DNA of 64,000 nucleotides from Candidatus Kaiserbacteria bacterium (GCA_028286865.1 JAQBQU010000007.1:5888-69887), one strand, 5' to 3'; positions 28,482 through 37,340 are shown, counted from the first letter of the stretch. Numbers and translations: made by a program. Notes: generated from the sequence alone by a model not told the origin.

Positions 28482-28510
28482 ACTATACCACCCCTCCCCT
28501 TCCGGGGCAA
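28482..28510 (-). promoter_or_regulatory. Putative rplS promoter (TTGCCC-N17-TATAGT), leaderless-type spacing
   Basis: The -10 box ends 10 nt upstream of the ATG; no Shine-Dalgarno sequence. Confidence 0.5.
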
Positions 28511-28523
28511 ATATTGGTCTTTG

Positions 28524-28610
28524 TGGTCACGAATATTTGATTCGCCGCCGCTCATCAAATTTCTCGACCCCGCCTCGCGGTCGCTCAAGCTTGAGCGACA
28601 TCGCTCCGAC
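28524..28610 (+). repeat. Mosaic hairpin repeat, copy B
   Basis: tggtcacgaata-tttgat..ccgccg..atcaaa-tttctcgaccccgcctcgcg-gtcgctcaag/cttgagcgac-atcgctccgac. Confidence 0.8.
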
Positions 28611-28624
28611 TTGCTCACGTAAAG

Positions 28625-28650
28625 AAAAGCAGCACTCAAGTGCTGCTTTT
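28625..28650 (-). terminator. Hairpin terminator downstream of tRNA-Val
   Basis: aaaagcagcac-tcaa-gtgctgctttt with flanking A and T runs. Confidence 0.7.
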
Positions 28651-28658
28651 CTATCGTG

Positions 28659-28731
28659 TGCACCCTGCAGGACTCGAACCTGCGACCTTTTCAGTGTAAA
28701 TGAATTGCTCTACCAACTGAGCTAAGGGTGC
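28659..28731 (-). tRNA. tRNA-Val (TAC)
   Basis: Manual fold: acceptor GCACCCT/AGGGTGC, anticodon loop TTTACAC, T-loop GGTTCGAGTCC. Confidence 0.9.
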
Positions 28732-28795
28732 GTATGTGCCGACGGGTCTTCTTCGCGCTCAGAAATTCAACAATGAATCTTTGCATTTCTCTCGC

Positions 28796-28870
28796 TGGTG
28801 CTCTCGGTAGGAATCGAACCTACATCAAGACCTTAGAAGAGTCCTGTTCTATCCATTGAACTACGAGAGC
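28796..28870 (-). tRNA. tRNA-Arg (TCT), CCA encoded
   Basis: Manual fold: acceptor GCTCTCG/CGAGAGC, anticodon loop CTTCTAA, T-loop GGTTCGATTCC. Confidence 0.9.
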
Positions 28871-29001
28871 GAGTGAGCGGGCAAAGTAAGAATATACGAT
28901 ATTCTTACTTTCTCCGAACGATGCTCTCGAAAGCTTGCTTACGAGCGAATTGGCTGCCCCGAGAACTTCACTAGCGTACCTTTGCGAGAGCCAACGGTCA
29001 A

Positions 29002-29319
29002 TTATCTCGATGGATCGGATACGGCGGCGCTTGGCGCAGCGTCAAATCGCGCACGGCGTGCGTCCAATACCTCAAGCGTATTCTGCAGACTGTTGCGATC
29101 GAGCGTCGCAGCGTGGGTCGCACTCGAGCCGTCCGCCGAACTGAGATTGTTGATGACCCCGAAGAATTCCCCTGTCCCGTACGCGAGGACGCCGAATACC
29201 ATCAGAAAACCGATCATGAGCAGCATCCGCCAGTACACTTCGGCGAGCGGCCGCATGCTCTCCGGCTCGTGTCGAGCCGCGTAATAGGCCTGCAGATCTT
29301 TGAACATTGAAGTGAACAT
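29002..29319 (-). CDS. Small single-TM protein, last gene of the pilM/N/O cluster
   Basis: 105 aa from ATG 29319; one TM helix (VYWRMLLMIGFLMVFGVLAY). No recognisable family. Confidence 0.5.
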   Translation of the reverse strand: MFTSMFKDLQAYYAARHEPESMRPLAEVYWRMLLMIGFLMVFGVLAYGTGEFFGVINNLSSADGSSATHAATLDRNSLQNTLEVLDARRARFDAAPSAAVSDPSR

Positions 29320-29326
29320 ATAAATA

Positions 29327-29863
29327 TTATGAGGACGCCGAGGTGAACGCACTGAGGCGGATATTGAGGTGCCATCCGTGATCCGCTCCGCCTGCGCCGC
29401 CGTTCTGCATGATCTCGATCTGATCGACCGTAGAAGGCAGCGGGAGCGATTCGAGCTCCTGCAGGGTACGGATGATCTGGGCGAAGCTTCCGTCTGCTTC
29501 TGCAACGACCGCGAAATCGTTCAGCGTACCGGCGGCGGCGGAACTCCCTTGCGACTGCGCGCTGTCCACCTTCACGACGATACCCGTCTTTGTGCCGACG
29601 CTCTCGATCAAGGTCGCGATCGACACGATGCTCATACCGGATGCTCCCTCGAGTGCGGCGCGGTCATTCGTAGTGTCTGCGACGAGGGCTCCGATGCGCT
29701 TTGTATACGCGACGCGGTCACTCTGGGCCTGTGCCGAAGATGCAGTGCTTGCTCGCGCGAGCGCTTGATCGAGCAGATCATTGCCGATGTACCAGATCCC
29801 GTACCACGCGAAGCAGGCGATGAGTACACATGCTGCTGCGATAATGTGAATATTGATCTTCAT
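29327..29863 (-). CDS. PilO-like type IV pilus assembly protein
   Basis: 178 aa; N-terminal TM helix plus periplasmic-type domain; position after the pilM and pilN-like genes. Confidence 0.5.
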   Translation of the reverse strand: MKINIHIIAAACVLIACFAWYGIWYIGNDLLDQALARASTASSAQAQSDRVAYTKRIGALVADTTNDRAALEGASGMSIVSIATLIESVGTKTGIVVKVDSAQSQGSSAAAGTLNDFAVVAEADGSFAQIIRTLQELESLPLPSTVDQIEIMQNGGAGGADHGWHLNIRLSAFTSASS

Positions 29864-29864
29864 A

Positions 29865-30377
29865 TCAGAAATTGCCCTTCAGGGAGACCGTGAAGCTTTC
29901 ACTGTTGCCGATAAGCGCATCCACCGGGATCGAAACGTTCGTGAAATGCACATCGTGCGCGAGCGCATCTCGGTATGCATTGATAGTCGTGCGCGAGGCA
30001 GCCCCGCCGAGGGTGATGAGCGAAGGCTTCGCCGTATAGGTGATGTGCGTCACGGTGACCCCTTGCGGGCGCAGACCGAGTGCCACGAGAATGCTCTCCG
30101 ACGGAGTGGTCGTTGCCGATATTATCGGGGTGAGCGCGGTGATAAGCGCCTGCGTGCGTGTGACCGTCGCGATATCATCGGGAACATTACCGGCGGAGTG
30201 CGCGACGGCTTCAGCTGCCGGCGGAGCCGCCAACTGAAGGGCCAAATAGCTCGGCACCAGTGCCAGCCCGGCAAGCGCGGAAAGCGTGAGCGACACGAGA
30301 CTTGCCGCGATCAGAAAGCGGGCACGGTACATGCCCCAGATCTTTTTTTGCGTTTCAAACGGAAGAATATTCGCCAT
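29865..30377 (-). CDS. PilN-like type IV pilus assembly protein
   Basis: 170 aa; short cytoplasmic N-terminus (NILPFE), a TM helix; immediately downstream of pilM. Confidence 0.55.
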   Translation of the reverse strand: MANILPFETQKKIWGMYRARFLIAASLVSLTLSALAGLALVPSYLALQLAAPPAAEAVAHSAGNVPDDIATVTRTQALITALTPIISATTTPSESILVALGLRPQGVTVTHITYTAKPSLITLGGAASRTTINAYRDALAHDVHFTNVSIPVDALIGNSESFTVSLKGNF

Positions 30378-30380
30378 ACG

Positions 30381-31520
30381 TTACATGCTCGGTTCCTCTG
30401 CAAGACCCCGGAGTGCGAGGCCGACGGCGGTGGCATATTGCAGCGAATGCCGTTTGTCGACCGGGGGGATGTATTCGTCATAATTCGTTACGTGCTGCCA
30501 GACGTCCCCGACCGAAGTACGGGCCTGGATGCGCCCCGCAATGAACTCGTCGAGTCCCTTGAGATTTGAACTGCCGCCGACGAGCAGCACTCGTCCGACC
30601 GGGGTCATACGGTCGCCGTGTTCATTGCGTCGCGTATCCCAATAATGATAGTGCTTCGCTACTTCATCCGCGATCGCTGCGGCAGTGCTGCTCACCGCCT
30701 CCAGCTCGGGAGAGGCGCCTGCTGCGGTGAGGCCGATCTCGTTCTTAAAATCCTCCGCCTGCTGAGGCGTCATGCCCATCTTTTCGATCAGGGACCGCGT
30801 CATCTGCTCGCCTCCCACCTGAACGGTCGACGTAAATATCGGAAAGCCGTGCTTGAGGACGGCAAAGCCGGTACGCTCGCGACCGAAATCCACCAGAAGC
30901 GTGATCGGCTCATTGAGCGAGTCCGACGAGACAGCGCGCGCGATAGAACGCGCCTCTATCTCAAGGGAGAGGAGCGTGATGCCTCCCATATCGAATGCTT
31001 TCACGTAGGCCTCGGCAATATCGCGCGGAAATACTACGACACTGATCTCTTCGCTCGACCCCGCGATACGATTGAAATCATAGACGGCGGCGTCGGGCGG
31101 TATCGGCACACGATCTTCGAATCCGAATTCGATCATGCGTAAGACCTGGATACGCGGCGTCTCATTCGGGACCTGCATGCTAAAGACATACGCCGCCTCT
31201 TCGGGAAGCGCTGCGTGTGCGCATGAAATGCCGTGGAGTTCACGCCTAACGCTCTTAAGCACTTCGCCGAGTGCCACAACATCGCGGATGATGCCGTTCT
31301 CCACGATCCCGGGAGCAAGCGGCATTTCCCCGTATGTGTGTACGCGAAAAATGTCTCCATGTTGCTCCAAAGAGAGCCACTTGACGGAGCCGTCAGAAAT
31401 ATCGATGCCGGCGGCCGGCGGCATAAGAAGTTTCGGCGTCGGAAATGCGCGTGCGAGCGCGTGAGAAATAGTTTGCGAGCGCGAAACGTGCGCGTGGGAG
31501 CCTGGTACTGACGGCCTCAT
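30381..31520 (-). CDS. pilM: Type IV pilus assembly ATPase-like protein PilM
   Basis: Actin-like fold motifs AGIDISDGSVKWL, LLVDFGRERT, LLVGGSSNLKGLDEFI. Confidence 0.8.
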   Translation of the reverse strand: MRPSVPGSHAHVSRSQTISHALARAFPTPKLLMPPAAGIDISDGSVKWLSLEQHGDIFRVHTYGEMPLAPGIVENGIIRDVVALGEVLKSVRRELHGISCAHAALPEEAAYVFSMQVPNETPRIQVLRMIEFGFEDRVPIPPDAAVYDFNRIAGSSEEISVVVFPRDIAEAYVKAFDMGGITLLSLEIEARSIARAVSSDSLNEPITLLVDFGRERTGFAVLKHGFPIFTSTVQVGGEQMTRSLIEKMGMTPQQAEDFKNEIGLTAAGASPELEAVSSTAAAIADEVAKHYHYWDTRRNEHGDRMTPVGRVLLVGGSSNLKGLDEFIAGRIQARTSVGDVWQHVTNYDEYIPPVDKRHSLQYATAVGLALRGLAEEPSM

Positions 31521-31568
31521 GTGCTCAGTATATCAAACAGTTGCGAGCAATCGGTCGCGCCCGTGTAC

Positions 31569-31901
31569 TTATTTTGCGCGCGTTCCTTTTTCTACGAGCC
31601 TTTCCGGTGCAAGCAGCGCAAGTCCGTCGGCGTCGCTGAGTGCGAGCAACATTCCCTGACTCTCGACACCGCGTATCACGCGAGGAGCTAAGTTCACAAT
31701 GTACGGAAGCTGTCGCCCCACGAGCTCTTCTGGCTTTTTCCACTGTGCAACGCCGGAAACGATCGTGCGTGTTCCGAATTCACCAAAATCCACGGTGCAT
31801 TTAATGAGCTTGTCGGTATCGGGGACGAGTTCGGCCGCCGTTACGAGCCCGATGCGGATATCGAGCTTTGCAAAATCGTCGTAGGTTATCTCGGGATTCA
31901 T
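31569..31901 (-). CDS. tRNA-binding domain protein (CsaA/Trbp111-like)
   Basis: 110 aa; FAKLDIRIGLV..AELVPDTDKLIKCTVDFGE..RTIVSG...SQGMLL matches the OB-fold found at the C-terminus of long MetRS. Confidence 0.85.
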   Translation of the reverse strand: MNPEITYDDFAKLDIRIGLVTAAELVPDTDKLIKCTVDFGEFGTRTIVSGVAQWKKPEELVGRQLPYIVNLAPRVIRGVESQGMLLALSDADGLALLAPERLVEKGTRAK

Positions 31902-31911
31902 ACGTATGAGT

Positions 31912-32328
31912 CTACATTAAATTCGTCTCTTCAGAACTCCGGGGATGTGACGGATGCATATCCATATATCGCTGCAAGATGATCGCTGCCGCAGCACCGT
32001 CTTCATGAGCATCGTCGGGCGAGTATCGTGATGCTTCGACTGAGGAACCCGCTTCCCACGCGGAAACGACCGAGACCAGCGCGCTCATGCGCAGCTTTTC
32101 CATGAAACTCTCCGCTTCGCGTGTTACCGGATTCTCGAACCCGGAAAATGCGCGGGTGTCCCCCACGACAACGGCCGCGATCTTTTCATCCTTGACCATT
32201 TGTATGAGGCGCTCGAAGAGCTTGGCGTCGTTGTGCACTGTCGGACGCGGGAATGCGATCGTCCCTGCCGCGTCCGAAACCGCGAGTCCTACGCGCTTTA
32301 CACCGTAATCGATCCCGAGATATCGCAT
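31912..32328 (-). CDS. ruvX: Holliday junction resolvase-like RuvX (YqgF)
   Basis: MRYLGIDYGVKRVGLAVSD is the YqgF signature. Confidence 0.9.
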   Translation of the reverse strand: MRYLGIDYGVKRVGLAVSDAAGTIAFPRPTVHNDAKLFERLIQMVKDEKIAAVVVGDTRAFSGFENPVTREAESFMEKLRMSALVSVVSAWEAGSSVEASRYSPDDAHEDGAAAAIILQRYMDMHPSHPRSSEETNLM

Positions 32329-32455
32329 AGTGTGGGCAGTATATCAAATAACGCTCCGCCGCCTGCATCGGGGTCATGATGCAGGCGGCGGACCGGGAAA
32401 CGAATGTTTCCGTTGACGTGCCTGCTCCTATTACAACGAGCACGCCGGATCTATT

Positions 32456-33181
32456 TCATCGGCCGTGTCCGGACAGATCATCTTCTCCTTCAGGCTCGAC
32501 CGAGCGTATGCCAAAAGCGCGGATCGTGTCGGTGGACACGAAATCTCCTATCACGATGACGAGATTGCCGGCCGTGAATTCGTTCCCGTACGGGAGACGT
32601 GTGTGCGTATCTATAAAGACCGTCGTCGTACTCTCGCCATTGGAGACGACTATATGATCCGGCGCGATCGCCACGATCATGCCACGATAGAGGTCCGATG
32701 TCTGGAAATGCGGCGGCTGCCGGTAGAGGCCGTTCAGCGGCGGCGGAAGCATGCCGTCGTGGTCGAAGTGCGCCATGCTTTTGTGCAAAGGGGTAAGCGT
32801 CACCAGAAACCCGCCGGCCACGATCACCGCCACGATACCAAGGACCGAGGTCAGAAGCGGCTTTTTGTATACGAAGGTGTAGCGTCGGACGAGTATCTCG
32901 AGGATGACGACGAAGACAAGGAGCAAAAGGAGCAGCAGCCACGGCAATGAATACAAGAAAGCGAACCAGCCGCGCAGACCGAATGAGGGCGCGAACCACG
33001 CCCCGCTTGAGTGCAAGAGATATACCACGAGGCTCACGGCGTAGATCAGCGTGAGACACACCACGAGCGCCCCCACCAACATGAGTGCCGAGAGCAGCAT
33101 GAAATGCCAACGCGGGCGCATCTGCACCTTCCCGTCGTGGATGCCCTTCATTATGATGTCTTTGAGTGATTCCTGGTTCAT
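32456..33181 (-). CDS. Membrane protein, putative anti-sigma factor
   Basis: 241 aa, multi-TM. ATGA overlap with the upstream ECF sigma gene; no family recognised. Confidence 0.45.
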   Translation of the reverse strand: MNQESLKDIIMKGIHDGKVQMRPRWHFMLLSALMLVGALVVCLTLIYAVSLVVYLLHSSGAWFAPSFGLRGWFAFLYSLPWLLLLLLLVFVVILEILVRRYTFVYKKPLLTSVLGIVAVIVAGGFLVTLTPLHKSMAHFDHDGMLPPPLNGLYRQPPHFQTSDLYRGMIVAIAPDHIVVSNGESTTTVFIDTHTRLPYGNEFTAGNLVIVIGDFVSTDTIRAFGIRSVEPEGEDDLSGHGR

Positions 33182-33732
33182 ATAATAGTATCTCCCGCGA
33201 TCTTCTTGAGCTGTGCCCTTGCTCTGCCGAGGCGCACCCCTACCGTCGAGACCGGTATCTGTAGAATGTCAGAAATTTCTTTGTAGTCCATGCTCTCAAG
33301 GTAATACAAGATGAGGGGCTCCCGGTATTTCGCATCGAGCTTGTCGAGGTGCGTCTCGAGCGACGCCCGCAGGTCGCGCTCCATCGCCGCACTGTCCGCC
33401 GTCTCATTTGCCGAGAGATGCGGGAGTATCGTATCGATATCAAACGTAAAGATCGTCCGCTGGGAAGCGCGCTTCTTCAGCGCATTCACGAATTCATTGT
33501 GGGCGATCCGATAGATCCACGGAGAGAATTTCCGCGCCGGATCGAAGCTCTGGATGTTCTGATACGTCTTGATGAAGATATCCTGCACGATATCCTTCGA
33601 GTCATCGGAGTCCGAAAGGAACTTGCGCGCATAGCGCATGAGCTTGTTCTGATAGCGCTCGACAAGTTCGCCGAACAGCTCGCTCTCCCCTTTTTGAATG
33701 CGCTGTGCTATCTGCTCGTCGGTCGGCTCCAT
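33178..33732 (-). CDS. ECF-type RNA polymerase sigma factor
   Basis: Region 2 (DIVQDIFIKTYQNI..F..WIYRIAHN) and region 4 HTH (YKEISDILQIPVSTVGVRLGRAR). Confidence 0.9.
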   Translation of the reverse strand: MEPTDEQIAQRIQKGESELFGELVERYQNKLMRYARKFLSDSDDSKDIVQDIFIKTYQNIQSFDPARKFSPWIYRIAHNEFVNALKKRASQRTIFTFDIDTILPHLSANETADSAAMERDLRASLETHLDKLDAKYREPLILYYLESMDYKEISDILQIPVSTVGVRLGRARAQLKKIAGDTII

Positions 33733-33769
33733 TACTAGCCATCATACCCGATGCCGGTAGTGCGCGGTA

Positions 33770-34189
33770 TCACTGCCGCAATTTTGATGTTTTGAACGTT
33801 TCCGGCTTGTACGCTTCGAGGCGGACGATCTTGGGAGAGAGTCCCGCCGAAAGCAGGTCTTTTTCGAGGCGTGACACGTACTCACCCTCCTGGTCGTAGC
33901 CAAGCGCAATGATATCGGGATGCGCCTCCACGATGTGCTCTATGTATCCCTCTTCCTGACCGAGCACGACCTCGTCGACGAGCGTGTTGCGCTTTAGAAG
34001 CGATGTTCGCTCGGCTTCAGTGCGCTGCGGTGCAGCCCCCTTCAGACGAGCAACGATATTCTTTCGTGCGAGCGACACGATGAGGTACGGCTCGGGTGCC
34101 AATGCGCGTGCCTGACGGAAAAGATCGGCATGGCCCTCGTGGACCATATCGAACGTACCGAAGATCATGATCCGGGTCATATTATTCAA
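33770..34189 (-). CDS. Cytidylyltransferase-fold nucleotidyltransferase (possible RibL-like FMN adenylyltransferase)
   Basis: [12 protein letters not shown] (the (H/T)xGH motif). About 136-139 aa; start at 34189 or 34180. Confidence 0.6.
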   Translation of the reverse strand: MNNMTRIMIFGTFDMVHEGHADLFRQARALAPEPYLIVSLARKNIVARLKGAAPQRTEAERTSLLKRNTLVDEVVLGQEEGYIEHIVEAHPDIIALGYDQEGEYVSRLEKDLLSAGLSPKIVRLEAYKPETFKTSKLRQ

Positions 34190-34919
34190 ATTCTATATAC
34201 ATCGCCGAATGATCCGATACCTCATCCGGCAGGACCTTAAAATCGAGCACCTTGATCCCGGGAGACACGAATGTGTAATCGGCAAACCGCTCTGACTTGG
34301 TATAGAAAGACGTTCGAGTACCGGTGATACCGTTTTCTTTTATTAAATTGCGAAGGCCCGCCCCTTCTTCGAGGATGCGCAGACTTTCAGTATTCGGCGA
34401 GAGATTAAAATCGCCGGCAAGAACATACTCTCCATTGATACTCTGGAGAAGCTCGAGTATTTTTCTCGATTGCTCAAGTCGCGCCGCGGTGTCGTTCTTA
34501 TCGATCCCCGTCCACAGACCGTGAAAGTTAAGAAGTGAATAGGATCTCTCTGCTGCCTTGACCCGCAGCCACTGAATGCTTCGTCCGAGAGTAGCGGCAT
34601 CTCTGCCGATCATTGAGTCCTTGTGCAAGTGAACATAGACCTCTCCGCTCTCTTCGATACTGACCGATCGCTTGATGAATGCGGCATTCCCCCACTCACC
34701 GGCATGGACGGGGGCGAGCACGCCCACATGGTCGGGTAAAAAATCGCTGATATCCTCGAACAGGTGCGGATTTTCCGCTTCCTCAAAGCGGGTCTGATCC
34801 GATGCATCGCGAAACACCTCTTGAAATAGGAATGCATCAATGTCCGCGTGCGCGGTAATGAAATTCTTGAGCGGCTCTGCCACTCGCCCTCCCCAAGTGT
34901 TGAGACTTATCAACTTCAT
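34182..34919 (-). CDS. Endonuclease/exonuclease/phosphatase (EEP) family protein
   Basis: 245 aa from ATG 34919 ([31 protein letters not shown]). The track ORF's longer N-terminus overlaps the EamA gene. Confidence 0.8.
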   Translation of the reverse strand: MKLISLNTWGGRVAEPLKNFITAHADIDAFLFQEVFRDASDQTRFEEAENPHLFEDISDFLPDHVGVLAPVHAGEWGNAAFIKRSVSIEESGEVYVHLHKDSMIGRDAATLGRSIQWLRVKAAERSYSLLNFHGLWTGIDKNDTAARLEQSRKILELLQSINGEYVLAGDFNLSPNTESLRILEEGAGLRNLIKENGITGTRTSFYTKSERFADYTFVSPGIKVLDFKVLPDEVSDHSAMYIEFE

Positions 34920-35872
34920 GCGACCGAGCCTATTGTTTCTTCGACATTCACCCGACTGAGCATATACATCGCCGCGAGGAGCAGAAGAGTGCCGATCCAC
35001 TGACCCGCATAGAGTCCGAAGTACGCACCGGCGGCCTGATTGCCGGGGATGAAATATGCGTTTACGAAGACCGCCGCGAGTGGAAAGCCGAGCTCCGCGA
35101 TGGTCGCGATCGAGGCGCGAGTGAATTGCAGGCCGTAGTAATACAAAAAGAGCGAGAAGACACCGGAAGCGAGCGCGATGATAATAATGAACAGAATGTC
35201 GGTCGTCGTCACGTCCGCGCGCGCCGGGAAGGTCCCCTGTACCGTATTGAGAAGTGTGAGGAAGATAAGTCCAACGACGAAGCGGAGCGAGGTCAGCGTC
35301 TGGAATGCCGCAGTGCGTAGGACGTATTTGCCGAATACCGTTGATGCGCCCCACAAGACCGCCGCAAGAAGTGCAAGGCTCGCTCCGATCAGATTCGGAT
35401 TGAAGGTCTCCCCCGCGTAGGAGTGCGGCACAAGCCCGGGAAAGCTCACGAGGTACGCTCCGAATATCGCTATCATCGCCCATACCCAGAAGTTGCGGTG
35501 CATCGTCTCTCTGAGGAGCCATGCCGCCAAAAGGATCGCTATCAATGGCTGGACCTTTTGCAGTACGATCGAGACCGACGGATTTACGTAGTGAAAGCTC
35601 TCGGTGAAGGCGACGGCGGCGAGTGCCGAGCCGCAGACGCCGATGAAAACGATCGCAACCCACTCACGACGTGAGATGTTCTTGAGCTGTCCCCAATTGA
35701 AGAGGAGTATCGGTACCGCGATAAGGCACGACATAAGGTGCTCGCCGAACACGATGAAATTCGATGAAAGACCTTGCGTCAAATGGGTGCGGAACGGCGC
35801 ATCGGTCGCCCACAACATGGCCGCAAAGAAGACGAGTAACGGCCCCCAGATGATCATGCGTCGGGTATTCAT
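34916..35872 (-). CDS. EamA/DMT family transporter
   Basis: 318 aa, about 10 TM helices, duplicated EamA pattern. Confidence 0.8.
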   Translation of the reverse strand: MNTRRMIIWGPLLVFFAAMLWATDAPFRTHLTQGLSSNFIVFGEHLMSCLIAVPILLFNWGQLKNISRREWVAIVFIGVCGSALAAVAFTESFHYVNPSVSIVLQKVQPLIAILLAAWLLRETMHRNFWVWAMIAIFGAYLVSFPGLVPHSYAGETFNPNLIGASLALLAAVLWGASTVFGKYVLRTAAFQTLTSLRFVVGLIFLTLLNTVQGTFPARADVTTTDILFIIIIALASGVFSLFLYYYGLQFTRASIATIAELGFPLAAVFVNAYFIPGNQAAGAYFGLYAGQWIGTLLLLAAMYMLSRVNVEETIGSVA

Positions 35873-36210
35873 ACGTGGAAGTATTCTCGCACAGCGAGGA
35901 CATCAGCGCGAATCGCCTCCTTCAGGAGCTCATCTCTCTCATACCGGACAGAATCTCGTATCTTTTGCTTAAGCTCGATCGACACTGTGCGTCCGTAGAC
36001 CTCTTCAGTCAGCCCGAACACGTTCGCCTCAAGAAGTGAACGCGACGGATCCGCGAAAGCGGCGCCGTGATAGATCGTTTTATCGATGCGCACGATCGCC
36101 GCATAGACGCCGCTGATCCCCGCTTCTTTGAGTACGATATTCACCGTCGGATACCCGAGCGCGCGTGCCCGCTTGGAACCTTCGATGACGATGCCGCTGA
36201 AAGTTCCCAT
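35869..36210 (-). CDS. Riboflavin kinase (stand-alone RibF C-terminal-type domain)
   Basis: FSGIVIEGSKRARALGYPTVNI..GVYA..LEANVFG..EVYGRTVSIELKQKIRD matches the RFK domain. Confidence 0.8.
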   Translation of the reverse strand: MGTFSGIVIEGSKRARALGYPTVNIVLKEAGISGVYAAIVRIDKTIYHGAAFADPSRSLLEANVFGLTEEVYGRTVSIELKQKIRDSVRYERDELLKEAIRADVLAVREYFHV

Positions 36211-36211
36211 A

Positions 36212-37267
36212 CTAATTGATCTCAATATCGATATATCGCACATGCGGAAAGTGTGCCTTGAGCCGTGCTTCTATCTCATCGATGCGGCGCCCCATCATCC
36301 GCGGAATGCGATCCGAGAAATCGACGCAGAATTTCTTGAACTCCTCGAAATCATCTTTCACATTGTCATATTCATCGCGCAGATTCTCCTGCTGATACGC
36401 GTCGTTCATGAGTGCCGGTCCGTTGAACTCGATCTCGCATTTGATGCGGTACACGCCGATATCAAGAATAGTCGACTTGAAGTCGATAACGCGCTCGATA
36501 GCAGGATCCGCCTGAAGCAGCTCTATGATCTCGTCGCGCTCATCAAGCGGTATCGAGCGACCGATGAGGTAGCTTCGATTCTTCGTGATCAGCACGATGG
36601 CGGCCATCGCGAGCATGACACCGATCACGATCGAGCCGATACCGTCCCATACGAAATTGCCGGTCAAATAGGAGAGCGCGATCGCGATCGCTGCGACGAT
36701 GACGCCCAAGACCGCGATCCCGTCTTCGATGCACACTGCCAAGGTCGAAGGGTCGGCCTCATGGTAGCGCTCAAGCCAGGTGGAATCCGGATGCGTTCTC
36801 ACGAGATTCCGTGCCGCTACCCAAAAGGTCGCAAACTCGATAACGAACGAGATCCCCAGGACCACAAATGCTCCGCCGGTAATATGCGCTCCGGTCCCCT
36901 CGGCGAGCGAGGTCACACCGTGATAGATCGTGACGCCGGCGCCGATAAAGAAGATCCCGCATGCGGATATGAGCGCCCAGAAGAAGCGTTCGTTGCCGTA
37001 TCCGTACACAAATTCACCGCTCGGCTTCTTGCGCGAGCGCACGACCCCGACAAGTAGGAGCAGCTGATTGAGCGTGTCTGCCACCGAGTGCACGGCCTCG
37101 GAGAACATCGCACTCGAGCCCGAGGAGAGTGCCACGACCGTCTTGATCGTCGTTACCAGTATGTTGCCGATGAGAGCCAAAAGCACCGGAACGAATCCGT
37201 GTGCCCCTTTGGAGCCCCCAGGGCCCCCGCTACCTGAGTTCATGCGAGAACTGTAGCACATGGCCAC
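36212..37267 (-). CDS. Cation diffusion facilitator (CDF) family transporter
   Basis: SAMFSEAVHSVADTLNQ and the C-terminal cytoplasmic domain are typical of CDF. Start ambiguous (GTG 37267, ATG 37261 or 37243). Confidence 0.85.
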   Translation of the reverse strand: MAMCYSSRMNSGSGGPGGSKGAHGFVPVLLALIGNILVTTIKTVVALSSGSSAMFSEAVHSVADTLNQLLLLVGVVRSRKKPSGEFVYGYGNERFFWALISACGIFFIGAGVTIYHGVTSLAEGTGAHITGGAFVVLGISFVIEFATFWVAARNLVRTHPDSTWLERYHEADPSTLAVCIEDGIAVLGVIVAAIAIALSYLTGNFVWDGIGSIVIGVMLAMAAIVLITKNRSYLIGRSIPLDERDEIIELLQADPAIERVIDFKSTILDIGVYRIKCEIEFNGPALMNDAYQQENLRDEYDNVKDDFEEFKKFCVDFSDRIPRMMGRRIDEIEARLKAHFPHVRYIDIEIN

Positions 37268-37340
37268 TTAGTTGCCCTTTTGTGGGCTTTTCTATACTGT
37301 GGCCGTAGCTTTGTTCCCCCAACGACGAAGGATGTCTGTC

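Noticed and set aside
28472-28663. N-terminal extension of the rplS ORF, and the similar extension 41881-42063 of the 852-aa ORF
   Set aside because: The rplS extension runs through repeat copy B and overlaps tRNA-Val. The other extension ends at 42063, 14 nt short of tRNA-Arg(GCG), and its 61 codons precede the signal anchor. L19 homology and the signal anchor both start at the internal ATGs.
32340-32420. Sixth copy of the hairpin-repeat family (contains acgctccgcc plus a 13-bp hairpin)
   Set aside because: It shares only the 10-nt tail motif. The GGTCAsGAATA, CCGTCG and TTTCACGACCC linkers are absent. It is more simply the terminator after the anti-sigma gene, followed by the ruvX promoter.
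34920-35663. N-terminal 248 codons of the 493-aa track ORF 34182-35663
   Set aside because: This part overlaps the EamA transporter gene in another frame and is Arg-rich nonsense. The EEP-family similarity begins at [11 protein letters not shown] (ATG 34919), which forms an ATGA junction with the EamA stop.
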